DNA from: Actinomycetota bacterium
GTDB lineage: Bacteria > Actinomycetota > JAICYB01
Assembly (NCBI GenBank): GCA_040905525.1
Contig: JBBDRJ010000006.1
Location: 268,858 to 332,857 of the forward strand
DNA length: 64,000 bases
Direction: 5' to 3'
Numbering within the stretch: position 1 is the stretch's first letter; the number at the start of each line of letters is the position of its first letter. Under the pieces are notes generated by a model. It was not told the DNA's origin, made no database searches, and saw nothing but the letters and a program-made list of their open reading frames with translations. Positions 46,881-56,765 of the stretch are shown piece by piece. A program made the position numbers and the translations under genes.

Positions 46881-48283
46881 AAGGCCCGCTCATGAAACTC
46901 ACAAAGACTCTCTCGGCTCTGCGGCGCGAGGAAGGCTCAACGCTCGCCGCTGTCCTCATGGTCATGTTGGTCCTCGGGGCCATAGGGACGGCCTCGATCC
47001 AGGTCGCGCAACACGCCAATGACGCAACCTCGGTCGACCGCGAGCGGCTCCAGACGGTGGAAGCCGCAGAGGCCGGTGTCAACGATTCGATCCGCAGGAT
47101 CGAGACCGGTGTCGGCTGTGACGGCACGCCGACGGCGTTCTCCGATCTGTACGACGGCAGCCGGCTGGTTGGTCGCTACCGCGCTCAGATCCAGCCGGAA
47201 GCCGGAGAGCCGACCTGCACCTCACTCGCCCGTGTCATCCACGCCTGGGGCTACTCTCCCACGGGTGGAACCCGCGCCATGCGCCATCTCGCTGTGGACG
47301 TCAAGCTCGTGCCTCAGGAAGGCTTCCCCTTCACGATCTTCGCCGAGGGCGGGACGGGAACCGTTTACGTCAAGAACAACGGCACGGTCCAAGGCGACGT
47401 TTACGCCGAGAACCTGGATCAGACCCAGAACAACATCACGGCCGACAACGTGGTCTCCCCGGGGTCGATCATCACGAAGAACAACGCCACGTATTCCGGA
47501 ACGCTGTGGGCCGGCGGCAACATCAATGTCGGCGCCAACTCTTCGATCGGGAAATCCGTGATCGCGTCCGGCTCGGCGTCCGGGACGCAGGGAACGATTT
47601 ACCTTCAGAACAACAGCGTGGTCGCCGGCGACGCGGTGGCGAAGTCGACGGTGACGCTCGAGAACGGCTCCGCCGTCCAGGGTTCGATCTCCCAGAACAA
47701 CCCGAACACCCCTCAACCTCCAGTTCTGAGCAAGCCGACGTTCAACTACGACCAGAGCAACTACGACCCGCCGCCGGCGTCGGGTCAGAGCGCAAGTCAG
47801 GTCACGAGCGCCCTCAACGCCGCCAAGAACAACCTTCAAGGGACGTACCGAGCCAATGACAGCGGCGGAACCGTGGTCCTTCCAGACACCCTCACCGTCA
47901 CGGGTCCCTTGACGATCATCGCCGCCGGCAAGGTCGACTTGGGCCGGACGATGCTGGTCTCGGGTGGCCCGCACCAGGTTGTGATCATCGCCGAGAGCGA
48001 CGATGCGGACGCGATCGACGTCGTGAAGAGCCTCACCGTTGCATCCGGCATCGAGATGCTTCTGTGGACCAACGGCGGAGTCGACATGAAGAACGGGATG
48101 TCTTTCGCCGGCGCGATCTACGCAAACTCCATCGACGCCAAGAACGCCTTCACTATCAGCCACGGCTCCACACTTATGACGAACCCTCCGGCCGGATTCG
48201 ACTTCACGAACTCCTCGGCCTCGAACTACAACGTAGTCCCCACGCTCTGGCGCGAGGTCAAGCCGGGAACGCCTCCCGCGTAG
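46877..48283 (+). CDS. PilX N-terminal domain protein with β-helix-like Asn/Gly/Ser repeats
   Basis: ATGA overlap with the upstream gene. EEGSTLAAVLMVMLVLGAIGTASIQVA matches the PilX_N pattern. Repetitive N-x-S/G motifs. Confidence 0.6.
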   Translation: MKGPLMKLTKTLSALRREEGSTLAAVLMVMLVLGAIGTASIQVAQHANDATSVDRERLQTVEAAEAGVNDSIRRIETGVGCDGTPTAFSDLYDGSRLVGRYRAQIQPEAGEPTCTSLARVIHAWGYSPTGGTRAMRHLAVDVKLVPQEGFPFTIFAEGGTGTVYVKNNGTVQGDVYAENLDQTQNNITADNVVSPGSIITKNNATYSGTLWAGGNINVGANSSIGKSVIASGSASGTQGTIYLQNNSVVAGDAVAKSTVTLENGSAVQGSISQNNPNTPQPPVLSKPTFNYDQSNYDPPPASGQSASQVTSALNAAKNNLQGTYRANDSGGTVVLPDTLTVTGPLTIIAAGKVDLGRTMLVSGGPHQVVIIAESDDADAIDVVKSLTVASGIEMLLWTNGGVDMKNGMSFAGAIYANSIDAKNAFTISHGSTLMTNPPAGFDFTNSSASNYNVVPTLWREVKPGTPPA

Positions 48284-48309
48284 CTCGATCGCCCGCGTAG
48301 CATGACGCG

Positions 48310-49218
48310 GTGCCCGACTTTCGTCTTCCGGCTCCGGCCGGCGTCGAGACAATCGACGTCAACCTCTTCGGCGCCCGCGAGCTGTCCTGCAGCTATCTGG
48401 TCCACGCGGCCGAACCGGCTCTGATCGAGACCGGCCCCGCGACGGTGTTCGAGACCGTTCGCGACGAGCTCGCGCGGCTCCGAGTCGAGCCCAAGCACGT
48501 CGTGCTCACCCACATCCATCTCGATCACGGCGGCGGAGTTGGTCACGTCGCCGACCTCTTCCCCGACTCAACGATCTGGGTTCACGACGTCGGCGCTCCT
48601 CACGTCGTCGATCCGACGCGGCTCGTCGCCAGCGCCCGACGGTTGTTCGGCGACGCGTTGGAGACGATGTACGGAGAGCCCGTGCCCGTGGCCGAGGATC
48701 GCGTCCGCGTGATGGACGAAGGCTCGGTCATCGGCCTCGGTGACCGGGACCTGCGCGTGCTCTACACGCCCGGTCACGCGCGCCACGAGGTCACCCTTTA
48801 CGAACCCGACTCCGGCACGGCTTTCGTCGGGGACACGGCGGGCATCTGCTACGGCAAGGATTGGCAGAAGCCGGCCACTCCCCCGCCGGAGTTCGACCTC
48901 GAAGCCGCCCTCGACTCGCTCGCCCGGGTCCAGAAGCTGAAGCCCCAGACCATCTGCTTCACCCATTTCGGTACCGCGCGGGAGTCGGCGCTCGATAAGG
49001 CCGCTTCCGACCTGCGCAAATGGGACTCGATCCTACGGCCCCTGGTTCTTCGCGAAGCTGGGGAAGACGAGATCCTCGCAGCATTGGAACCCGCCGTCGG
49101 CGATCCCCCGGGCGACGAGTCGTTCGCCGGCGCGGCGACGGAGCTGTCGTCCACTCGCAACAGCATGCTCGGGTATCTCCGGTACTACCGGAAGCAGGCG
49201 GAAACCGCTAAGTCCTAG
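48310..49218 (+). CDS. MBL-fold metallo-hydrolase
   Basis: THIHLDHGGG motif. Confidence 0.8.
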   Translation: MPDFRLPAPAGVETIDVNLFGARELSCSYLVHAAEPALIETGPATVFETVRDELARLRVEPKHVVLTHIHLDHGGGVGHVADLFPDSTIWVHDVGAPHVVDPTRLVASARRLFGDALETMYGEPVPVAEDRVRVMDEGSVIGLGDRDLRVLYTPGHARHEVTLYEPDSGTAFVGDTAGICYGKDWQKPATPPPEFDLEAALDSLARVQKLKPQTICFTHFGTARESALDKAASDLRKWDSILRPLVLREAGEDEILAALEPAVGDPPGDESFAGAATELSSTRNSMLGYLRYYRKQAETAKS

Positions 49219-49870
49219 GGCGCACGCCCAGGCGCCGCCGAGCCACGTCGAAGAACTCGGCGTCCTCGGCGTAGATCAGGTCCCACCACGGTCGCGAGTC
49301 GCGGCGCCGGTCGGCCAGCTCCAGAGAGTCGGCCAGCGCGTACCAAAGCCGGAGATGGTGCGGCTCGACTTCCTTCGGGCTCGTCGGCCCAGATTCCAAA
49401 ACGGCAACAGCCTCGTCGTGACGGCCCAGGTCGTTCAGGGCACCGGCGTGAACGACCAAGGCTTCACAAAGGACGTCTTCCGTCACTTCGTCCCGCGGAA
49501 GGGATCGAAGGATCTCCGCTGCCTTCTCGGGGCGGCCCAGCGCCCGCTCGCAATCCGCGAACTCCGGATCGCGGTCGTGCTTGTCGGACAAGCGCCGGTA
49601 AGCCGCGAACTCGCGCGCCGCCTCGCGCCACTTCCCGAGCTGGTAGTACACAAGCCCGAGCAGCTCCCGGACGTGGACCGACCGTGGTGCCCTCGTCTTC
49701 GCCTCGAGCAGACCGGGCAACGCCTCCTCGTAAAGCTCGTCGTCGATCGACGTCGCGGCCGCCGCAACGAGCTCTTTGACTTTGCCGGCGCTGCCGAAGT
49801 GCGCGACCTGGCGGATCTCGCGCGCGATCTCGGGACGCAGGTCGCGATACTCGGGCGACTGGTCGGTCAT
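49208..49870 (-). CDS. tetratricopeptide repeat protein
   Basis: TPR-like repeats. Confidence 0.55.
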   Translation of the reverse strand: MTDQSPEYRDLRPEIAREIRQVAHFGSAGKVKELVAAAATSIDDELYEEALPGLLEAKTRAPRSVHVRELLGLVYYQLGKWREAAREFAAYRRLSDKHDRDPEFADCERALGRPEKAAEILRSLPRDEVTEDVLCEALVVHAGALNDLGRHDEAVAVLESGPTSPKEVEPHHLRLWYALADSLELADRRRDSRPWWDLIYAEDAEFFDVARRRLGVRPRT

Positions 49871-51082
49871 CTAGACCAGGCGCGCGAAGCGCCGCTTCCC
49901 TACTTGGAGCACGCGTCCCTTGAGCTTGTCGACGGGGATGCGACCCTCGCTTACCGGCTCGCCGTCGATGCGTACTCCACCTTGTTCCAACTTCCGCCGC
50001 GCATCGCTCAGCGACTTCGCCAGACCGACGGTCTTCATAGCGCACGGGATGTCTACGCTTCCGTCGGCGACGCAATCAGCCGGCAGAGGGAATTCCGCGA
50101 TGTCCGCTTCATCCGGAAGCTCCCGGTTCTTGAACACTCGGTCGAAATGAGTCAGCGCAGCATCGGCGGCGTCGGCCCCGTGGTACAGCTCGACCACGGA
50201 CTGCGCCAGCCGGCGCTTCGCAGCTTCGGGACGAAGGGCTCCCGATTCCAGATCGCGCTCGATCGCGCCGATCTCAATCGGCGTCAGAGCCGTCGTGAGC
50301 CGGAAGTACTTGATCATCAGCTGATCGGGCAGCCGCATGAGCTTCCCGAATATCTCGTCCGCCGGCTCGGTGACGGCTACGTAGTTGCCTACGCTCTGGG
50401 ACATCTTCTTCACGCCGTCCGTGCCCTCGATCAGCGGCATGCTCACCACGACCTGCGGATCCTGGCCGTAGGCGCGTTGGATGTGACGTCCGACCATCAG
50501 GTTGAAGTGCTGGTCGGTTCCACCGAGCTCCACATCGGACCGGACGGCAACGGAGTCGTATCCCTGGAGCAGCGGGTAGAGGAACTCACGAAGCGAGATC
50601 GGTTGCTCGGCGGCGTAACGCTTGGCGAAGTCGTCACGTTCGAGCATGCGCGCGACGGTGTAATGAGTGGCGAGCTCGAGGACTCCGGTCGTTCCGAGAG
50701 GGTCCAGCCACTCCGAATTACGGCGGATCTCGAGGTTGTCCTCGGCTAGGATCAGCGAGATCTGGTCGAGCACCCGAGCCGCATGCGCGTCCACCTCGTC
50801 CTTGGTGAGCATCGGGCGCGTCGTCTCCGCCTCGGACGGGTCGCCGATCCGAGCCGTGTAGTCGCCGACGATCAGAACGGCTGTGTGTCCGAGGTCCTGG
50901 AACTCCCGGAGCTTTCGAAGGACCACCGTCCAGCCCAGGGTCACGTGCTCGGCGGTGGGGTCCAGCCCAAGCTTCACTCGCAAAGGCCGGCCGGCCTTGA
51001 GCTTTTCGGTTAGCTCTTCGGTCGGGATGACCTCGGCCGCGTTGCGCGTGAGCAGTTCCAGCTGTTCGGTGGCGGTAGTCGT
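49871..51082 (-). CDS. tyrS: tyrosine--tRNA ligase
   Basis: HIGH region …GLDPTAEHVTLGW…, KMSKS region (KMSQS) and a C-terminal S4 domain. Confidence 0.9.
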   Translation of the reverse strand, partial: TTTATEQLELLTRNAAEVIPTEELTEKLKAGRPLRVKLGLDPTAEHVTLGWTVVLRKLREFQDLGHTAVLIVGDYTARIGDPSEAETTRPMLTKDEVDAHAARVLDQISLILAEDNLEIRRNSEWLDPLGTTGVLELATHYTVARMLERDDFAKRYAAEQPISLREFLYPLLQGYDSVAVRSDVELGGTDQHFNLMVGRHIQRAYGQDPQVVVSMPLIEGTDGVKKMSQSVGNYVAVTEPADEIFGKLMRLPDQLMIKYFRLTTALTPIEIGAIERDLESGALRPEAAKRRLAQSVVELYHGADAADAALTHFDRVFKNRELPDEADIAEFPLPADCVADGSVDIPCAMKTVGLAKSLSDARRKLEQGGVRIDGEPVSEGRIPVDKLKGRVLQVGKRRFARLV

Positions 51083-51147
51083 CACAAAGCTCCTCGATAC
51101 GAGCGGATGCGTAGTAGAAGTATAGGAACGCACTTGAGCGACCAACG

Positions 51148-53520
51148 ATGACGTTGCGCCGATCCCGACCCATCCTCGTCCTTCTCACCGTGGCCGTACT
51201 GGCCTCTGGTTGCGGGCGTCTGGAGCCCCTCTCGACGGAGGAGGCCCTCGACCGCCTCACCGTGGCGACGTCCCGGGTCTTCGACGCCGAAGGCAACGTG
51301 ATCGCGAACCTGCACGGTGAGATCAACCGGGACATCGTCGAGCTGGAGCAGATACCGCTCCATGTCCGGAATGCCGTTATCGCGATCGAGGACGAACGGT
51401 TCTGGGATCACCAGGGTGTGGATCTGCGCTCGATCACTCGGGCCGTGGTTTCGAACCTGCGAACAGAGCCCGAAAGCGGAAGCGTGCAGGGCGGATCGAC
51501 GATCTCGCAGCAGCTCGCCAAGAACCTCTACTTCCCTCGTCCCGCACGGAACCTTTCGAGGAAGGTCGCCGAGGCCAGGGTGACATTGCAGCTAGAGAGG
51601 CAATACACGAAGGAAGAGATCCTCGCGATGTACCTCAACACGATCTATCTAGGGCGTGGCGTGTACGGCATCGAGACGGCCGCCAATTCCTATTTCGGAA
51701 AGGCGGCCTCCGCGCTATCCCTCGACGAGGGCGCGTTCCTCGCCGGACTCATCCACGAGCCGGCCCGCTACGAGTGGACACCCAGCGATCCGCGAGACCG
51801 GCGGCTGGCCCGGCTCGCCGATGCTCAGCGTCGTCGCGACTCCGTCATCGACCGCATGCTTTCCCTCGACATGATCTCCGACGACGACGCGAACACCGCC
51901 GAACAGGAGAAGGTCCGTGTCGAGCCACCGGTCGAGCAACGTTGGAAGCATCCGTACTTCGTCGATCTCGTGCTGCGGCAACTAGGAGTCCTGCGTACGC
52001 AGGCCCAGGCCCTCGATCCCCGCTTCGACTTCCTCGGCTCGACCTTCGAGGAGCGATCCCGCAACGTCTACCTGAGAGGCTTGCGGATCCACACGACGCT
52101 CGATCCCGCGGCGCAGAAATCGGCCGAGCAAGCCGTCAAGGTTCTGCCGGCCGAGCTCGAGCGACTGTCGGTCGCCATGGCCGCCATAGAGCCGCGGACG
52201 GGGTACGTGCGGGCCCTGATCGGGGGCCGCGACTACTATCCCGATTGCGACGATTTGCCCGACGACCAGCAGCCCCCGGTCTGCAAGCTGGCGAAGGTGA
52301 ACCTCGCGCTCGGGAACTTCGGCGGAGGATCGGGACGCCAACCGGGGTCGTCGTTCAAGCCGTTCGTCCTCGCCGCCGCCTTGCAGCGAGGGATCTCGCT
52401 TCACCAATCGTTCTCGGGGGCCGAGTTCGTTCATCGATACCAGGGCAGCGAGTGGAGAGTAAGGAACTACGAAGGATCCGGCGCCGGATCGATGACTCTC
52501 GTCGATGGGACGGCGCGTTCCGTGAACGCCGTCTTCGCGCGCCTCGAGATCGAAGGCGTGGGAGAAGGAGACGCACTCAAGGGTTCGGCCTTCGTGGCCG
52601 AGACTGCACGGCGCATGGGGATTGGGTTTCCGACTAGAGAGCAACTCGATTCTCGGAAGCTTTGCCAGGGCGTGACGTACGGCACGAAGGACAGCTGCCT
52701 GGCCGCCGACGACGTGCCCGCGATCGCTCTAGGCGCCAAGGAGGTTTCTCCGATCGACATGGCCTCTGCCTACGGGACGTTCGCGAACGACGGGGTCCGC
52801 ACCGAACCGACCGTGATCGTGAAGATCACCGATGCGAACGGGCGCGTTCTCTACGAAGCCGATCCGGACGAGGGCCGCGTGCTGCCCTCCGGTGTTGCCC
52901 GCGGCGTGACGTACGCGCTCCGCAGGGTCGTCCAGGGCGGCACCGGAACCGCGGCCGCCATCGATCGGCCGGCCGCTGGAAAGACCGGAACGTCGCAGGC
53001 GTGGCGCGATGCGTGGTTCGCCGGCTTCGTGCCGCAACTCGTTGGTGTCGTCTGGATCGGAAACCCGATCCCGATACCGAACGTTGGCAACGAGTCGATG
53101 ATCCCGTCCAACGGCTATCCCAGACGCATCGTCGGTGGAAGCTATCCGGCGATGATCTGGAAGGAATTCATGACCGGAGCTCTCGAAGGAGTTCCCGTCC
53201 GGGAGTTCCGTGGCCCTCCACAAGCTGTATTCCGTGGCGACGCGCTGTCTTCACCGGGCCCTACCGACCCGACAGGATTGACGGGGCCGGAGGCCGAAGT
53301 AGCACCGCCGGGGACCGTGCCGTCCGTCATCGGGAATTCGTTCGGCGGTGCCTCGAACGTCCTCAAGAGCGCGGGTTACGACGTCGACCGCAGCCGCGGG
53401 TGCGACCCGTCGGGCCAGGCCGGCTTGCACGAGGTGTACGCGCAGAGCCCGGGCGGCGGATCGGAGGCACCGCAAGGGTCGACGATCTCGATCCAGTACC
53501 AGGGCGGCAGCTGCAACTAA
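51148..53520 (+). CDS. ponA: class A penicillin-binding protein (transglycosylase + transpeptidase + C-terminal PASTA)
   Basis: GT51 motif IEDERFWDHQGVD. Transpeptidase SxxK/KTG(T). A PASTA-like domain at the C-terminus. Confidence 0.9.
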   Translation: MTLRRSRPILVLLTVAVLASGCGRLEPLSTEEALDRLTVATSRVFDAEGNVIANLHGEINRDIVELEQIPLHVRNAVIAIEDERFWDHQGVDLRSITRAVVSNLRTEPESGSVQGGSTISQQLAKNLYFPRPARNLSRKVAEARVTLQLERQYTKEEILAMYLNTIYLGRGVYGIETAANSYFGKAASALSLDEGAFLAGLIHEPARYEWTPSDPRDRRLARLADAQRRRDSVIDRMLSLDMISDDDANTAEQEKVRVEPPVEQRWKHPYFVDLVLRQLGVLRTQAQALDPRFDFLGSTFEERSRNVYLRGLRIHTTLDPAAQKSAEQAVKVLPAELERLSVAMAAIEPRTGYVRALIGGRDYYPDCDDLPDDQQPPVCKLAKVNLALGNFGGGSGRQPGSSFKPFVLAAALQRGISLHQSFSGAEFVHRYQGSEWRVRNYEGSGAGSMTLVDGTARSVNAVFARLEIEGVGEGDALKGSAFVAETARRMGIGFPTREQLDSRKLCQGVTYGTKDSCLAADDVPAIALGAKEVSPIDMASAYGTFANDGVRTEPTVIVKITDANGRVLYEADPDEGRVLPSGVARGVTYALRRVVQGGTGTAAAIDRPAAGKTGTSQAWRDAWFAGFVPQLVGVVWIGNPIPIPNVGNESMIPSNGYPRRIVGGSYPAMIWKEFMTGALEGVPVREFRGPPQAVFRGDALSSPGPTDPTGLTGPEAEVAPPGTVPSVIGNSFGGASNVLKSAGYDVDRSRGCDPSGQAGLHEVYAQSPGGGSEAPQGSTISIQYQGGSCN

Positions 53521-54110
53521 CGTCGGCCGACCGCGGCACTCTCGATCCAGAACCGCCACGCGCGTTCGTCGTCCAACGTAAGGCCCACACGCGTACCGGA
53601 CAGGATCTTCGGCCGCGTTCCGTCGCGAGGGAGGACGCGCAGTGGCCCGGCTACGAGGTCCGCACCGTTGAACCGCTTCTCGATGCCGAGAGCGCGGCAA
53701 AGGCGGCCCGGTCCGGAGGTGAGACGATGGTCGGGAAGCGACGCCGGCGCGCGCGTACGCATCCCGCGGAGGCCCCAGATGGGCTCGAGGGCCCGAATGA
53801 GAACGGCGCTCCCCTTCCCCTCACGATCGGCGACGGCGTTCAGACAGTGATGCATGCCGTAGGTGAAATACACGTACGCGATCCCCGCCGGACCGAACAT
53901 GATGCGCGCGCGTCCCGAAGGTGCCCGGTCGGCATGGGAGCCGGGGTCACCTGGTCCGCCGTACGCTTCGGTTTCGACGATGCGGCCGCCGACAAAACGA
54001 CTTCTTGCCCGATGGACGAGATAGCATCCGAGCAGCTCACGGGCGACAACTCGAACCGGTCGCTCGTAGAACGAGCGTGGGAGCGGTGCGTCAAAGGTAA
54101 GGGGTTGCAT
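53517..54110 (-). CDS. mpg: DNA-3-methyladenine glycosylase (Mpg/AAG family)
   Basis: …RIVETEAYGGPGDPGSHA… Start at MQPLTF. Confidence 0.8.
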   Translation of the reverse strand: MQPLTFDAPLPRSFYERPVRVVARELLGCYLVHRARSRFVGGRIVETEAYGGPGDPGSHADRAPSGRARIMFGPAGIAYVYFTYGMHHCLNAVADREGKGSAVLIRALEPIWGLRGMRTRAPASLPDHRLTSGPGRLCRALGIEKRFNGADLVAGPLRVLPRDGTRPKILSGTRVGLTLDDERAWRFWIESAAVGRR

Positions 54111-55383
54111 GGCCACTGAGGTCGCACAGCGTACCCCCCTCCACGAGACCAACCCTTTCGCGGCCGTCGTCGGCTTCTTCGAGCGCGCAGCCGACCACAT
54201 CGGGCTCGAAGAGGACATGCGCGAGATCCTGCGCAGCTCGTACCGCGAGATCAGCGTTCAGGTACCGGTGCGCATGGACAACGGGGACAGTGTCGTCTTC
54301 ATGGGCTACCGGGTCCAGCACAACGGGGCACGGGGACCGTACAAAGGCGGCATCCGCTACCACAGCACGGCCGACCTCGACGAGGTCCGCGCATTGGCCG
54401 CCCTAATGACATGGAAGACGGCTCTGGTCGATCTCCCCTTCGGTGGCGCCAAAGGCGGGATCCAATGCGAGCCACATCTGATGAGCGAGGCCGAGCTGCA
54501 ACGGATGACGCGGCGGTTCACCGGAGCGATCTCCTACGTGCTCGGCGTGAACCGCGACATCCCGGCTCCCGATCTGAACACCAACGCGCAGACCATGGCC
54601 TGGATGATGGACGCCTACGGCCAGCGCTACGGCTACACGCCGGCCATCGTGACGGGAAAGCCGGTCGAGCTCGGCGGATCACTGGGCCGGGAAGCGGCCA
54701 CGGGACGCGGCGTCGTGATCGTGACGGAGCAAGCGGCGCGTCATCTCAACCGGTCCCTCGAAGGGTCAACCGTCGCCATCCAAGGCTTTGGCAACGTCGG
54801 CTCATGGACGGCACGGCTCATAGCCGAGCTCGGATGCAAGGTTGTGGCCGTGTCGGACGTCCGCGGTGGCATCCACAAGCCGGACGGCCTCGACCTGGAG
54901 GAAGTGTTCCGACACCTGAAGGAGAACGGATCGGTCGTGGAGTGTCCGGGGACCGATCCGATCTCGAACGACGACCTACTGCTTCTCGACGTCGATTGGT
55001 TGATCCCGGCTGCGCTCGGTGGAGTGATCAACACCCGTAACGCGGACAAGATCGCAGCGAAGGCAATCGTAGAGGCGGCCAATCACCCGGTCACTCCCGA
55101 TGCAGACGCGGTTCTCAACGACCGCGGAGTAGTTCTCATCCCGGACGTCATGGCTAACTCCGGCGGAGTAACAGTGTCGTACTTCGAGTGGACGCAGAAC
55201 ATCCAGCAATACCGCTGGGAAGAAGAACGAGTGAACACCGAGCTGCGCAAGATCATGACGAAGATGTTCGCGGACGTGGTGGCGTTCAAGGACCATCACG
55301 AGAAGGCCAACTTCAGGGAGGCCTCCTTCGCCCTGGGGGTCGAGCGCGTGGCCCACGCCGTAAAGCTCCGCGGCTACGTCTAG
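54109..55383 (+). CDS. gdhA: Glu/Leu/Phe/Val dehydrogenase (glutamate dehydrogenase)
   Basis: PFGGAKGG (K catalytic) and GFGNVG Rossmann motifs. Confidence 0.9.
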   Translation: MATEVAQRTPLHETNPFAAVVGFFERAADHIGLEEDMREILRSSYREISVQVPVRMDNGDSVVFMGYRVQHNGARGPYKGGIRYHSTADLDEVRALAALMTWKTALVDLPFGGAKGGIQCEPHLMSEAELQRMTRRFTGAISYVLGVNRDIPAPDLNTNAQTMAWMMDAYGQRYGYTPAIVTGKPVELGGSLGREAATGRGVVIVTEQAARHLNRSLEGSTVAIQGFGNVGSWTARLIAELGCKVVAVSDVRGGIHKPDGLDLEEVFRHLKENGSVVECPGTDPISNDDLLLLDVDWLIPAALGGVINTRNADKIAAKAIVEAANHPVTPDADAVLNDRGVVLIPDVMANSGGVTVSYFEWTQNIQQYRWEEERVNTELRKIMTKMFADVVAFKDHHEKANFREASFALGVERVAHAVKLRGYV

Positions 55384-55430
55384 ACCCACCCTCGTGTTTC
55401 CCGTTGCGTACCGATGTGCGAGCTCTCCAC

Positions 55431-56765
55431 CTAGGACGACATCGCGCGCCGGAGCTTCGCTACCTGCCGCTGGACGCTGTCCTTCGAGGGTCCGCCCGAT
55501 GTCGACCGGGCCCGCACGGAAACGCGAGCGGCGCTCCGGGGTGGCGGCGTCGTCTTCTTCTTGCGGAAGGCCTTCGCCACCTCTTCGTGTGCCGCGCGGA
55601 AAGGCGTGCCGCCGCGCACGAGGTCCTCGGCCACGTCGGTCGCGAGCAGTGAAGGGTCGGAGACCGCCTCACGTAGTCGGGCCTCGTCGAACTTGAGCCC
55701 GCCCATCAGACCGCCCATCGCATCGAACGCGGCCTTCGTTACGGAGAACACCTCGCGGACGTGCTGCTTGTCGGTCTGGAGGTCGCGGTCGTAAGCGAGC
55801 GGGAGCGACTTCATCGTCACGAGAAGGCCGGTGAGGGCACCCACGGCGATCCCGCTCGTCCCCCGAGCCAGCTCGGCCACGTCGGGGTTCTTCTTCTGAG
55901 GCATCATGCTCGACCCCGTCGCGTATCGGTCGGGCAGCTTCACAAAGGCGAACTCGCTGCTCGACCACAGAACGATCTCTTCGGCCAGACGTGAGAGATG
56001 CACCAAAGCCATCGAGCACGCGTACGCGCCGTCGGCCAAGAAGTCTCGATCCGACACGGCGTCGATCGAGTTCGAGAACACTTCGCCAAACCCGAGCTGG
56101 GCTTGGGCCACGGCGGGATCGATCCGGAGCGTACTCGTAGCCAGCGCGCCGGCTCCCAGCGGCGAGACGTCGGCCGAGGACCGGGCTGCGGCGAGGCGCT
56201 CGAGATCTCTGGCGAAGGCGAATCCGTGCGCGCAAAGCCAGTGACCGATGGTGACGGGCTGCGCGCGTTGCAGGTGCGTGTATCCGGGTGCGAGCGTGGC
56301 CGCGTGCTCTTCCGCCTGGGTCGCGAGCACCGCGATGAGCTTCGCCACGGCGTCGTGAACGCCGCCGAGCACGTCCTTGGCCCAGAGACGGAGGGCCGTT
56401 GCCACTTGATCGTTGCGTGAGCGTCCGGTGTGAACCTTGGCGCCGACGTCGCCCAGCCTTTCCGTGAGGACGCGTTCGATAGCCGAATGGACGTCCTCGT
56501 CCGAGTCCTCGATCAGCTCCGGGCGTCCCTTGATGCTGCGGAGCTCCTTCTTGAGCGCGGTCGCCTCCGGCTTCGTGACCAGGTTCGCCGCCTCGAGGCC
56601 GTGGACGTGGCCGATGGTTCCCTCAACGTCGTACGGCCACAGGAAGCGATCGTGCGGGAGAGAGTGCAAAAAATCCCATGCGTCCTTCGCCAGGCCTCCG
56701 GGTAAGCGGCCCGCCCACGTCGGCTTGGGTTTAGCTCTTGGTTTCTTAGCTTTCGGCTTCGCCAT
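55431..56765 (-). CDS. argH: argininosuccinate lyase
   Basis: ATG 56765 gives MAKPKAKKPRAKPKPTWAGRLPGG…, a Lys-rich N-terminal extension. 20-nt overlap with argG. Confidence 0.9.
   Translation of the reverse strand: MAKPKAKKPRAKPKPTWAGRLPGGLAKDAWDFLHSLPHDRFLWPYDVEGTIGHVHGLEAANLVTKPEATALKKELRSIKGRPELIEDSDEDVHSAIERVLTERLGDVGAKVHTGRSRNDQVATALRLWAKDVLGGVHDAVAKLIAVLATQAEEHAATLAPGYTHLQRAQPVTIGHWLCAHGFAFARDLERLAAARSSADVSPLGAGALATSTLRIDPAVAQAQLGFGEVFSNSIDAVSDRDFLADGAYACSMALVHLSRLAEEIVLWSSSEFAFVKLPDRYATGSSMMPQKKNPDVAELARGTSGIAVGALTGLLVTMKSLPLAYDRDLQTDKQHVREVFSVTKAAFDAMGGLMGGLKFDEARLREAVSDPSLLATDVAEDLVRGGTPFRAAHEEVAKAFRKKKTTPPPRSAARVSVRARSTSGGPSKDSVQRQVAKLRRAMSS

Noticed and set aside
47222-48352. 376-aa minus-strand ORF
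   Set aside because: Antisense to PilX-like gene.
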